In this document: positions 18,612-27,490 of the stretch, one piece after another
How positions within the stretch are numbered: position 1 is the stretch's first letter
Layout of the letters: each line of letters begins with the position of its first letter
Source of the DNA: a virus
Taxonomy: Duplodnaviria > Caudoviricetes
DNA length: 56,522 nucleotides
Strand: one strand, 5' to 3'
Virus record (IMG/VR): IMGVR_UViG_3300019360_000285
Location: 1 to 56,522 of that record
Notes under the pieces: generated by a model
The model's input: only the letters and a program-made list of their open reading frames with translations
The model's database searches: none
What the model was told of the DNA's origin: nothing
Made by a program: the position numbers and the translations under genes

Positions 18612-19139
18612 CTACTGGACCAACCACGTCCGCCACAGGCCGCGCCGATCGGATCGCGCCTGGCGCTCGGCTGCGATGTACTTGGCGCGCACGTCAGCCG
18701 GCACCTTGCTGGTGAGCGCGTATGTCGTGAAGAGGTAGGCGTCGCCGGACGACAGCATCGCGAGGTTGATGTCCGGCGTACCGTCGACGGCGCACCGGGC
18801 CACGACCCGGCAGTAGCTGTCCCACTCGATCGGCCGGCATGTCACGGACTGGCCGGCGTCACCGGCGATCGCCTCGAGCGCGGCGCGTGCGCGCATGCCG
18901 GCGGCAGTCTCCACCTTGGAGATTGCGTCGCGCAGCTCTGGCGCCTGGATGCCCCACAGCCTGATGTTGGGTGTCCGTGTGTCGTCGGCGCGCATCATGG
19001 CCAGCGTGTCGCCGTCGATGGCATGCGCTTCGCCAATCAAGGAGCCGTCCGGCAAGGCGCCGCAGTCCCGCTTCGGTGGTCCGGCCAGCGCCGCGGTCGA
19101 GATCAGCATGGCCATGGCGGCCACGACCATAGGTTTCAT
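18612..19139 (-). CDS. Secreted thermonuclease (SNase family), counter-oriented
   Basis: Signal peptide; AIDGDTL, IRLWGIQAPE, DSYCRVVA and ERQAR..RRGLW. Confidence 0.88.
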   Translation of the reverse strand: MKPMVVAAMAMLISTAALAGPPKRDCGALPDGSLIGEAHAIDGDTLAMMRADDTRTPNIRLWGIQAPELRDAISKVETAAGMRARAALEAIAGDAGQSVTCRPIEWDSYCRVVARCAVDGTPDINLAMLSSGDAYLFTTYALTSKVPADVRAKYIAAERQARSDRRGLWRTWLVQ

Positions 19140-19207
19140 GTGAAACGTCCGTCATCGTCGATGGCGGCACGATCGTCGCCGATGACGGCGGAACCAAGGC
19201 AGCTGCG

Positions 19208-19438
19208 ATGAGCCGTTGGCTCCAAACGTGCGAGGTCTGCGGTCAGCTGGGGCCCTATGGCTTCTATCACCGGTTGCCGGACGGTACGCACGGACGGTTG
19301 TGGGCGTGCGAGGCGCACAGCGTCGAGGTCCGATTGAAGGCAGGCGCAGTGATGCCGGCATCGGCACAGGCGCCACCCCGGGAGCCGGTGCACGTGCCGG
19401 TTCCTGACAAGGCCGGCGAGCAGAAGCGGCTGTTCTAG
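19208..19438 (+). CDS. Small zinc-binding phage protein
   Basis: CEVCG..GPYG...WACEAH. Confidence 0.6.
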   Translation: MSRWLQTCEVCGQLGPYGFYHRLPDGTHGRLWACEAHSVEVRLKAGAVMPASAQAPPREPVHVPVPDKAGEQKRLF

Positions 19439-19461
19439 TGGCGTAAGGGTGAGGGGGCGTC

Positions 19462-21354
19462 GTGGCGGCAGACAACGATACAGACGGGGCACCAGGCGCC
19501 GCACCGATCGATCCAGAAGCGGTGGCGCAACGCTCCGAGCCGCCGCCGGAGGTCGAGGATGCATCGCAGGGCGGTGAGGAAACGCTGTTCAAGCGGCGGC
19601 TCAAGACGTGCCCGGTGCACTGCCTCGGCGCCCGGGACGGCCGGTATTTCTTCCGATCCCCGCGCGGCGAGCTTCGCGACCTTCCGTACAATCATCTGCG
19701 GCCGGCCGGCATCGAATCCTTGTTCGATGGCGATGTCTCATGGCTGTTCGAGCATTTTCCCCGCCACTCGCGCGATTCAGACGACGTCGTCGGCTGGGTC
19801 GAGGCCTCGGCGCGCGCCTTCCTGATCAAGGCGTGCAGCAGCGTATACTTCCGGGTCGGTGCGGTGCGTGGCCCGGGCGTCTGGGCTGAACCGGGTGGGC
19901 GCCTGGTGGTTCATATCGGTGGCGCTCTGCAGGTATGGCAGACCGATCGCGAAACCGATGAATGGCTTCCGGGTGATTGGGAAAGCCTCGATCGGCGCGA
20001 TGGTCGTACGATCTACGTGCTGGGCGACGATCACACCATCCCGGCCGACGAGCCGTGTCCGGCAGCAGATGTGCACCGCGTGCACGCCGAGCTGGGCACT
20101 TGGTCCTACAGACAGCAGCTCATCATGCCGCGCCTGGTGCTGGGCTGGGTGGCGATGGTGGCGTTGCACGGGGCGCATGAATTTTCGCCGCACCTGATCC
20201 TCACCGGCGATTCCGGCTGGGGAAAATCGGCACTGATCAAGTCTCTGAAGGCGCTGTCCGGTCCCTCGGCCTTGGGCTTGAAGGCGCCGACCGAGCCGGC
20301 GGTGCGTCAGATGCTGGGATGGTCGGCGTCACCGTTCTTCATCGAGGAGAGCGAGGCCAGCAGCAATCCCCAACGCGCGGCTGAGATCTTCGACATGCTG
20401 CCGATCGCCAGTGGCGCCGACGATCTCGGGACCGCGCGTGGCGGCCGCGGCGGCGACGCCGTGCAGTACCCGATGCGCGCGATGTTCCTGCTCAATGCGG
20501 TGAACCTGCCGCCGCTTCGGCCGCAGGTTGAGAACCGCACGGTCGTGGTGGACATGGCGCGCCTCCCGGGTGAGGCAAAGCCGTCGGTGCTCAAGCGTCG
20601 TGTGCGGTGGCTCGAAGGATTGGCGGCGGGCTGGCGCCGGCGGGCGCTGGAGGCATGGCCGAGGGCGCAGCAGAACTATCTGGTCTGGCAGGACGCCCTG
20701 CAGGAACGCGGCTATTCGCAACGCGAGCGCGACGTGCTGGGGCAGATCCTGGCCTGGGCCGATGCGATGCTCCAGGACGACGCTGTCGAATCGATCCCGA
20801 CCGATCTCCTTGAGCTGGTGCCGCCGCCGCAGCGGCGCTATGGCGACGACAATACCGACCCGTGGCGCTGCTGGACGCATCTTGCGACGCAGACGATCGA
20901 GCGCGAGTACAAGACGGATTTCAATGGCGAGGAGCGGCGCCAGCGCGAGCGAATGCTGGTCGGCGATGCCCTGGTCCATGCCGTAAAACATCCGCACACG
21001 ACCTACCATACCGCGCTGCGCGCCATCGGCTTGCGCGTGATGGTCGAGGGCGATCCGAAGATGCCCGCCACCTTCGTCGTGGTGGCCAATCAGCATTCCG
21101 CGCTCGAGCGTCTGTTCGTCGGCACGCATTGGGCTGGCAAGGGTTGGGTGCGCTCGCTGGGCAACCTGCCGATGGCGTTCCACAAACCCGGTGCGGTGCG
21201 CTTCAGCAGCGGCATCCAGCAGCGCGGGGTGTGGATACCCGCCGACGCCCTGTTACCGCGCGACGAGGGCGAGGCCGATGCGCCGACGAGTGCCGCCGGC
21301 GAACGCGTTCGCGAGCCGCCAGTACCGGGAGGCGACGACATTGAACCGATCTGA
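19462..21354 (+). CDS. P-loop replication protein (helicase-like)
   Basis: Walker A GDSGWGKS and Walker B-like FIEESE; lies between the primase and the iteron cluster. Confidence 0.7.
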   Translation: MAADNDTDGAPGAAPIDPEAVAQRSEPPPEVEDASQGGEETLFKRRLKTCPVHCLGARDGRYFFRSPRGELRDLPYNHLRPAGIESLFDGDVSWLFEHFPRHSRDSDDVVGWVEASARAFLIKACSSVYFRVGAVRGPGVWAEPGGRLVVHIGGALQVWQTDRETDEWLPGDWESLDRRDGRTIYVLGDDHTIPADEPCPAADVHRVHAELGTWSYRQQLIMPRLVLGWVAMVALHGAHEFSPHLILTGDSGWGKSALIKSLKALSGPSALGLKAPTEPAVRQMLGWSASPFFIEESEASSNPQRAAEIFDMLPIASGADDLGTARGGRGGDAVQYPMRAMFLLNAVNLPPLRPQVENRTVVVDMARLPGEAKPSVLKRRVRWLEGLAAGWRRRALEAWPRAQQNYLVWQDALQERGYSQRERDVLGQILAWADAMLQDDAVESIPTDLLELVPPPQRRYGDDNTDPWRCWTHLATQTIEREYKTDFNGEERRQRERMLVGDALVHAVKHPHTTYHTALRAIGLRVMVEGDPKMPATFVVVANQHSALERLFVGTHWAGKGWVRSLGNLPMAFHKPGAVRFSSGIQQRGVWIPADALLPRDEGEADAPTSAAGERVREPPVPGGDDIEPI

Positions 21355-21378
21355 GGCGGTCACTTGTCGTGACTCCGC

Positions 21379-21637
21379 GGGACGGTGGGACGGGAGCGTC
21401 CCGCCGTCCGTCCCAGTGCAACGCGTTGTCCGGCAACGTGAATTCCAAAAACGGGACGGTGGGACGCGGACTCGCGCGCACATGATGTGCGCACGCGCGC
21501 GCGATTCAAGGGACGTCAAAACACCGTCCCACCGTCCCACCGCCGTTGTCGAACTGCGTTTTTGTGAGGTGCGTCAATGACTTCAACCCCGCGAACCAGT
21601 GGGACGGTCAGTGGGACGGTGTGGGACGGACCGTCCC
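21379..21637. repeat. GGGACG(G) iteron cluster, putative replication origin
   Basis: About 13 copies in both orientations plus a central palindrome at 21476-21492. Confidence 0.75.
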
Positions 21638-22536
21638 ACTCCTACCTGCAGGTGGCCTTGGCTGCGATCGCTACCGTCGCTGCCTGGTTGATCGGCAATG
21701 AGCGCAGATACCAGGCCGCGGTGCGGCGTGACCGTCGTCGGGCCGCGGCGCGTGAGGCGATGTATCGATGGGTCGGCCGCCTTTACGGGGACGAGCAGAG
21801 CGCCTGGCTTGCCGACAACGAACGTCGGTATCGTTCATCGTTGCGTCGTGATTGGCGCCGTGAGGCTGCGCGTGAAGCGATGTACGCGGAGAGCCGCCGC
21901 GTCTACGGTCGCGGCGACGACGGGCACCACCTGGTGCAGCGGGTGCGCGAGGCGCACCGGGCCGAGCTGGCCCGCACCAAGCAAGCGCGCAAGCAGATGG
22001 CGGCGGTCGTACGCAAGGTCGAGGCCAAGCGGGCACAGGATACGATCGACTTGCTGTATCGACGCGGCCAGATCGACGGCCGGCAGCAGCTCGCCGGGCT
22101 ATCCTATCGGCAATGGTGGAACGACTGCGGCGGCTCGATTCCGTGCACGCTTGACCAGTCACGCGTTGGTTCGGGTAGCGCCGATGGCCCAACGATGGCG
22201 CAGCTGCTGGCGGCTGAACGCTTGCGCGAAGCGGCTCGCATCCTCGGCCTGATGGACGAGCGCATCGTGCGCCTCGTGGTGGTCGAGGGCTACACGATCG
22301 ACGACGTCGCCCGGATGGTGTTTGGTCAAGACGGTCAGGTGAAGCGCGCAGACGCGCTGCATGCAGGTCAACGCCTTCGGCTCGCACTCGAGGCCCTGGC
22401 TGCGCACTGGTTTCCCCAAGGGCGCGGCCTCATGCGAGGCGAAGAGGTCAATCGATCAGAGCAAACAGTACAGTCTGGTGTGGTCGAACCTGCTCGCGTT
22501 GTTCACGCCACGGAGCGCCGCATCCACGTTGGTTGA
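21577..22536 (+). CDS. Putative late regulator/antiterminator (DUF6456-like C-terminus); start uncertain
   Basis: LYRRGQIDGRQQLAG...LVVVEGYTIDDVA...LRLALEALAAHW; occupies the lambda Q position before the late promoter. Confidence 0.6.
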   Translation: MTSTPRTSGTVSGTVWDGPSHSYLQVALAAIATVAAWLIGNERRYQAAVRRDRRRAAAREAMYRWVGRLYGDEQSAWLADNERRYRSSLRRDWRREAAREAMYAESRRVYGRGDDGHHLVQRVREAHRAELARTKQARKQMAAVVRKVEAKRAQDTIDLLYRRGQIDGRQQLAGLSYRQWWNDCGGSIPCTLDQSRVGSGSADGPTMAQLLAAERLREAARILGLMDERIVRLVVVEGYTIDDVARMVFGQDGQVKRADALHAGQRLRLALEALAAHWFPQGRGLMRGEEVNRSEQTVQSGVVEPARVVHATERRIHVG

Positions 22537-22561
22537 CAACGTCGGAGGTTACGGGCATGGT
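22533..22561 (+). promoter_or_regulatory. PR'-like late promoter
   Basis: TTGACA (22533-22538), N17, CATGGT (22556-22561). Confidence 0.6.
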
Positions 22562-22595
22562 CTCGTCAGGCTTGAGAAGTGTGTCAAGCCACAGA

Positions 22596-22629
22596 CGCCC
22601 GGCGGCAGCCCGCCCGGGCGTTTTCTTTT
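22596..22629 (+). terminator. Intrinsic terminator (tR'-like)
   Basis: GC hairpin CGCCCGGCGG-CAGC-CCGCCCGGGCG followed by TTTTCTTTT. Confidence 0.8.
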
Positions 22630-22792
22630 GTAGCCTAGATCACCCTCTCTCTCGTGGTTTCGCCAGCCTCGCGATGCGTCGGCAACTGGGTCGGCGCGTC
22701 GCACTGTCCGGCGCATGCCTCGGCCCGCATTGGCTGCAGATCACGAACCGAGGGCCAGGGCTAGCGATTCCCGCGCCGCACCCCTAGGGCTT

Positions 22793-22845
22793 GGGTCCTT
22801 CCTGCACCTGCGGGAATACGGGGAGCTTTAGCGCGCGGTTTTTTT
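22793..22845 (+). other. Lambda-like cos site (cosQ plus cosN)
   Basis: GGGTCCT...TACG GGGAGCTTTAGC GCGCGGTTTT, compared with lambda GGGTCCT...TACG GGGCGGCGACCT CGCGGGTTTT; upstream of a GpA-type terminase. Confidence 0.7.
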
Positions 22846-23159
22846 AGTGCGGGACTGCCGAAACGGGGGCAACGAGCGAATCGCGTTGCGTGCTGTTCGA
22901 CGCAGCTAAGATGGTGTCCTGCAACGCTTTTTCAAGTGCCCGGGTAACAGCGGTTGCCCGGGCAACGCTACGGCGGCAACGCGGAGCAACACCTCTCGCA
23001 ACAGGTCCGATTTTCCTCGCTTTGGAAGAGAGAGGCGGGGGCCGCGGTGTTATCAGCACCGCGAACCGCGTGAGTATCAGTCACGCACGAACCACCACCG
23101 GCCGATGACGGCCGTCCCGCCACCGGCGCACACCGGCGGGCGGAGCGTCCCACGGGTTC

Positions 23160-24485
23160 GTGCAAATGTACAAGAGCGTAAGGCTGCAGGTCGTAGACCG
23201 ACCTGTTGGTGAACTGCGTCCATCGCCACGCAATCCTCGGCGGCATAGCGAAGGCCAGCTTGCGAAACTGCAGCGGTCCATCGAACGGTTCGGCTTCCTC
23301 GTGCCGGTGCTGGTCGACCACAGCGGCGAGCTCGTAACAGGGGAAGCGAGGTGGCAAGCGGCCAAAGGCGCGGGCTTGCAGAACGTGCCGACCATCTCGA
23401 TCGAGCATCTGACGCCGGCGGAGATCCTGGCCTACCGCATCGCCGACAACCGCCTGGCGCTGGACGCGACTTGGGATGAAGCGTTGCTCGCCGAGGTCCT
23501 GCGCGAGGTTGATCAGCTCGGCGACGTGCCGCTGCCCGACCTCGGCTTCGATGAGACGGAGTTGCACCAGCTGCTGGAGCCGCTGGTCGCCGAGGACGAC
23601 GGCCGGGCGGACCAAGCGCCGGCGCCGCCGGCGGAGCCGACGACACGCCTGGGGGATGTTTGGGTGTTGGGAGCGCACCGACTGGTTTGCGGCGATAGTA
23701 CTGACTCCGCGACGCTCGCCCAGCTCTTCGATGCGCAGCGGCGCGCCGCCAGCGTGGTCACGTCGCCGGCGACGGCGATCCTGACGGATCCGCCTTACGG
23801 CATGAGCTACGACGGCGGTCGCGCCATGGCGGCCGCCGTCGTCACCGACCCGCCGTACGGGATGGCATTCGGCAAGGGAAAAGAGGCAGGATCAACGCCC
23901 AAGGGCGCCACGGTCAAAGCCCATGGCATGATACTAAACGACGACCTCCAGGGCGAGGCGCTGATCGACCTTGTGGCCCGTGCCTTGACGGCAGGTCTGC
24001 AGTACACGAACGACCAAGCGTCGGTGTATGTCTGCTTCACTTGGCGCACGTGGTATGCCTTTGAGCAGGCCTTGGCACGCGCCGGACGGCGGGTCTCGGC
24101 CTGTATCGTGTGGGACAAAGGCTCTATCGGCCTGGGCTATCAGCACTACCGGCCGCAGCATGAGTTCATCTTCTACAGCGCCGGCGTCCGCTGGTTTGGC
24201 GGCAAAACGGAGGGTGACGTCTGGGCGCTCACGCGGGGCAGCACGCTCCAGTATGTCCACCCGACGCAGAAGCCCGTCTCGTTGCTTGAGCGAGCGATAC
24301 GCAACTCGACACGCCAAGGGGACGCGGTGCTCGACCTGTTTGGCGGCTCGGGCTCGACGTTGATCGCCTGCGAGCGTCTGGACCGTGCGGCCCGCATCGT
24401 CGAGCTCGATCCGAAGTACTGCGACGCAATCGTGCGTCGCTGGGAAACCTTTACCGGCAAGACGGCCACGCGCCTGTACCCATGA
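23160..24485 (+). CDS. ParB-N plus beta-class amino-DNA methyltransferase
   Basis: ParB-like NPRRH/FGF..P/GEAR; DPPY twice; HPTQKP; VLDLFGGSGST. Confidence 0.92.
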   Translation: MQMYKSVRLQVVDRPVGELRPSPRNPRRHSEGQLAKLQRSIERFGFLVPVLVDHSGELVTGEARWQAAKGAGLQNVPTISIEHLTPAEILAYRIADNRLALDATWDEALLAEVLREVDQLGDVPLPDLGFDETELHQLLEPLVAEDDGRADQAPAPPAEPTTRLGDVWVLGAHRLVCGDSTDSATLAQLFDAQRRAASVVTSPATAILTDPPYGMSYDGGRAMAAAVVTDPPYGMAFGKGKEAGSTPKGATVKAHGMILNDDLQGEALIDLVARALTAGLQYTNDQASVYVCFTWRTWYAFEQALARAGRRVSACIVWDKGSIGLGYQHYRPQHEFIFYSAGVRWFGGKTEGDVWALTRGSTLQYVHPTQKPVSLLERAIRNSTRQGDAVLDLFGGSGSTLIACERLDRAARIVELDPKYCDAIVRRWETFTGKTATRLYP

Positions 24486-24524
24486 CGGGCAGCGAACGCC
24501 GTTCGCCGCATGGCGTAGCATACG

Positions 24525-25142
24525 ATGGTCGCAAACCCGATGGACGGCTGGATGTCGCTGAGCGACTACGCCAAGCATTGCGGCATCAACAAGAGCGCGA
24601 TCAGCCGCCAGCTCGGCAAGGTCATCCCGGAAGCGGCCTATCGCCGGAGCGGGCAGAGCGTGCTGATCAACGTGGCGGCTGCCGACCGGGCTCGCACCGA
24701 GCGTCTCAATCCGCTCCTGCGTCGGGTGGACGTGCCGCAGTCGGCTCCGACTTATGCCGCCCCGCCGCCTGAGGTCGAGGAGGAACGGGGCACCGACGCA
24801 CCAGCGCCACGCAGCGCCCTTGACACGACGGGCTTCCACGCCGGGCGCGCCGCCAAGGAGATGTGGTCGGCGAAGGAGAAGCAGCTCGACGTCCAGCAGA
24901 AGCTGGGCCGCCTGCTCGACAAGCGCGATGTCTACGATGCCGCCCTGGCAATCGGATCGCGCCTTCGCCAGGCACTGGATTCGCGCGCGCAGCTGTTGGC
25001 GGCTGACCTCGCCGGCATGACCGACCCGGCCGAGATCGCGGCCAAACTGCAGGCGGCCGACGATCGGGTTCTGATCGATCTCGCCGACGAATTCGAAGTG
25101 GCCGCCGGCCTCAGATCGGCGGATGGTCGAGATGCGGCCTAG
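24525..25142 (+). CDS. Terminase small subunit
   Basis: N-terminal HTH SLSDYAKHCGINKSAISR and coiled coil; immediately upstream of the large subunit. Confidence 0.75.
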   Translation: MVANPMDGWMSLSDYAKHCGINKSAISRQLGKVIPEAAYRRSGQSVLINVAAADRARTERLNPLLRRVDVPQSAPTYAAPPPEVEEERGTDAPAPRSALDTTGFHAGRAAKEMWSAKEKQLDVQQKLGRLLDKRDVYDAALAIGSRLRQALDSRAQLLAADLAGMTDPAEIAAKLQAADDRVLIDLADEFEVAAGLRSADGRDAA

Positions 25143-27246
25143 CATCGAGGCGCCGCTGCCGTCACAGGTGCCGGGGCTTGAACCCGCCTTGTCGGTGATG
25201 GCGGACGCCCTGCGTCGCAGCCTGCGGCCGCCCAAGCGCCGGCGTGTGTGGGAGTGGGCGGCCGCCGAGCGGCGCGTGTCCGAGGAATCGGGGTCTCCTC
25301 ACCCGGGCCGATGGTCGAACGATCTCGCACCGTACCTGGTCGAGATCATGGACTGCCTGTCGTTGTCGCATCCTTCGCGCAGCGTTGCCGTACGCAAGGG
25401 TGCCCAGCTCGGCGTCACGGAATGCGGCTTGAACCTGCAGGGGCAGATCATCGACGAGTCGCCCTGTTCGATCCTGACCGTGCTGCCTTCGATCAGCACA
25501 TTGAACAGCTATGTGAAGGAGAAGTTGGGTCCGACGCTCGACGCGACGCCCGCGCTCAAGAGCAAGGTCAAAGAGCAGAAGTCGCGCGACGAGGACGGAT
25601 CCACGACGACCCTGAAGAAGTTCCCGGGGGGCGTGCTGTCGCTGACGACGGCGAGCTCGTCGAAGGGCCTGCAGATGATCAGCCGCCGGGTCGTCATCTT
25701 CGAGGAGGTGTCGGAGTACCCCTACGATGTCGACGGTCGCGGCGACCCGGTCGCGATGGGCGAGACGCGGACGTCGGCGTGGGCCGGCCGTGAGAAAGTC
25801 TTCTACAACAGCACGCCGGCGATCAAGGGCGCATGCCGCATCACGGTCAAGGAAGAGGCCGGCGATCAACGGCGGCTCTACGTCCCATGCCCGCACTGCG
25901 GCGACTTCCAGCAGCTGCTCTGGGCACGAATGGAGAAGGAAGGGAAAGACGCCGCGACGTACGGCTGCGCCAGCTGCGGCGAGCTGATCCAGCATCACTA
26001 CAAGCGTGGCATGCTGCGCCAGTGCGTATGGCTGAAATGCTTCCCCGGCCCAGGCTGTCCGCCGGCCGTAGTTGCGCCCGAGGAAATCGAGAGCTACCGG
26101 GCCCGGTCTTCCGAGGGGCGCCAGCCGAGCTTCGCCTTCAGCAAGCTATATTCGCCGTTTGTCAGCTGGATGGACATCGTCGCCAAGTGGAAGGATGCGA
26201 AGGGTGTTCAGCGCCTTGAGAAGGAGTTCTGTCAGCAGGACCTCGGCGAGGCTTACGAAGAGACCGGCGAGGCGCCCGACCATGAACGGCTGTTCGAGCG
26301 CCGACTGAAGGATCTGCAGCCCGGCCGGGTGCCTGTCGGCGCGCTCTTTCTCACCGGCGCTGCCGACGTCCAGAGCAACCGCCTGGAGTGGGCTGTGTGG
26401 GCGTGGGGTGTAGGCTTCGCGCGCTGGCTTGTCGATCACGGCGTGATCGAGGGCGACCCGCACGGTCCCGAAGTGTGGCGCAAACTCGATGCCATAACGC
26501 AGCGTCGGTACGAGGATTGGCGCGGCGAGTTCTGGTCTGTCGATGCTTTCGGCTGCGATTCCGGCTACGCGACCACCAAGGTCTATTCCTGGGCGTTGCG
26601 TCATGCCGGCACGGGCCGGATCTTCGCGTTGGACGGCCGGCCGGGCTGGAAGCTGCCGCCGCTGGGAACGCCGAAGAAGATCGACGTCGACCACGAGGGC
26701 CGCAAGCTGGGGGCGGTTCTGCTCTGGCCCGTGGGTACGTGGGATCTGAAGTCGGAGCTGTACCGCTCGCTGCGCAACCTCATCCTGGGCCAGGATCCCG
26801 AAACCGGCGAATGGCCGATCGGTACGTGCTTCTTCGGTGAGAACGTCGACCGCGGTTGGATCGAGCAGCTCACCTGTGAGTACCTCGCCGACGACATCAG
26901 CAAGAGCGGCTACCAGGTCCGCGTCTGGAAGAAGCCGCAGGGCAAGGCCAACGAGGCGCACGACATCGCGGTGTACGCGGCGGCATTGGCGCACCACCTC
27001 GCAGATCGCCTGAGCGCGGAAGACTGGGCACGGCTGGCCGCGCAACGCAACGCCCCGGTCGAGAAGGTACAGGGCGACCTGGCGCAGCTGTGGGGGGCAA
27101 ACCTGGCCCCGACGGCAGGGGTGCCGCCGCCGGATCCAGCGTTGACCTCCCCGGCGGCGAACGACGTTCGTGCGCTCGAGTCGGGCGATGATTGGCTCGG
27201 CGCCGGCGACTGGCTGCGCGGTACCGGTCGCGACTGGCTGAACTGA
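25123..27246 (+). CDS. Terminase large subunit, GpA family
   Basis: KGAQLGVTE, EEVSEYP, STP, GDQRRLYVPCPHCG, ADVQ, DSGY and NEAHD motifs. Confidence 0.95.
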   Translation: MVEMRPSIEAPLPSQVPGLEPALSVMADALRRSLRPPKRRRVWEWAAAERRVSEESGSPHPGRWSNDLAPYLVEIMDCLSLSHPSRSVAVRKGAQLGVTECGLNLQGQIIDESPCSILTVLPSISTLNSYVKEKLGPTLDATPALKSKVKEQKSRDEDGSTTTLKKFPGGVLSLTTASSSKGLQMISRRVVIFEEVSEYPYDVDGRGDPVAMGETRTSAWAGREKVFYNSTPAIKGACRITVKEEAGDQRRLYVPCPHCGDFQQLLWARMEKEGKDAATYGCASCGELIQHHYKRGMLRQCVWLKCFPGPGCPPAVVAPEEIESYRARSSEGRQPSFAFSKLYSPFVSWMDIVAKWKDAKGVQRLEKEFCQQDLGEAYEETGEAPDHERLFERRLKDLQPGRVPVGALFLTGAADVQSNRLEWAVWAWGVGFARWLVDHGVIEGDPHGPEVWRKLDAITQRRYEDWRGEFWSVDAFGCDSGYATTKVYSWALRHAGTGRIFALDGRPGWKLPPLGTPKKIDVDHEGRKLGAVLLWPVGTWDLKSELYRSLRNLILGQDPETGEWPIGTCFFGENVDRGWIEQLTCEYLADDISKSGYQVRVWKKPQGKANEAHDIAVYAAALAHHLADRLSAEDWARLAAQRNAPVEKVQGDLAQLWGANLAPTAGVPPPDPALTSPAANDVRALESGDDWLGAGDWLRGTGRDWLN

Positions 27247-27283
27247 CGGTCTGCGGCCGCGCTACAGACAAAGGACATAGCCC

Positions 27284-27490
27284 ATGGCGATCACGCAGGC
27301 GCAGGTCGACGCGCTCGAGGCTGCGATGATGCGAGGCGAGCTGACCGTCGAGCACGACGGCAAGCGCGTCACCTATCGCAGCGTGGATGACATGCAGAAG
27401 GCCATCGCCTACGGCAAGCAGCAGCTCGCCGACGCCGCCAACGGCGGGAGCCCGACGACCCAGAGCTATGCGGAGTTCTCGCGTGACTGA
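27284..27490 (+). CDS. gpW-like head-tail joining protein
   Basis: ALEAAMMRGELTVEHDGKRVTYRSVDDM. Confidence 0.88.
   Translation: MAITQAQVDALEAAMMRGELTVEHDGKRVTYRSVDDMQKAIAYGKQQLADAANGGSPTTQSYAEFSRD

Noticed and set aside
21379-21637. Repeat cluster as a CRISPR array
   Set aside because: Repeats are only 6-7 bp, in both orientations, irregularly spaced; no cas genes
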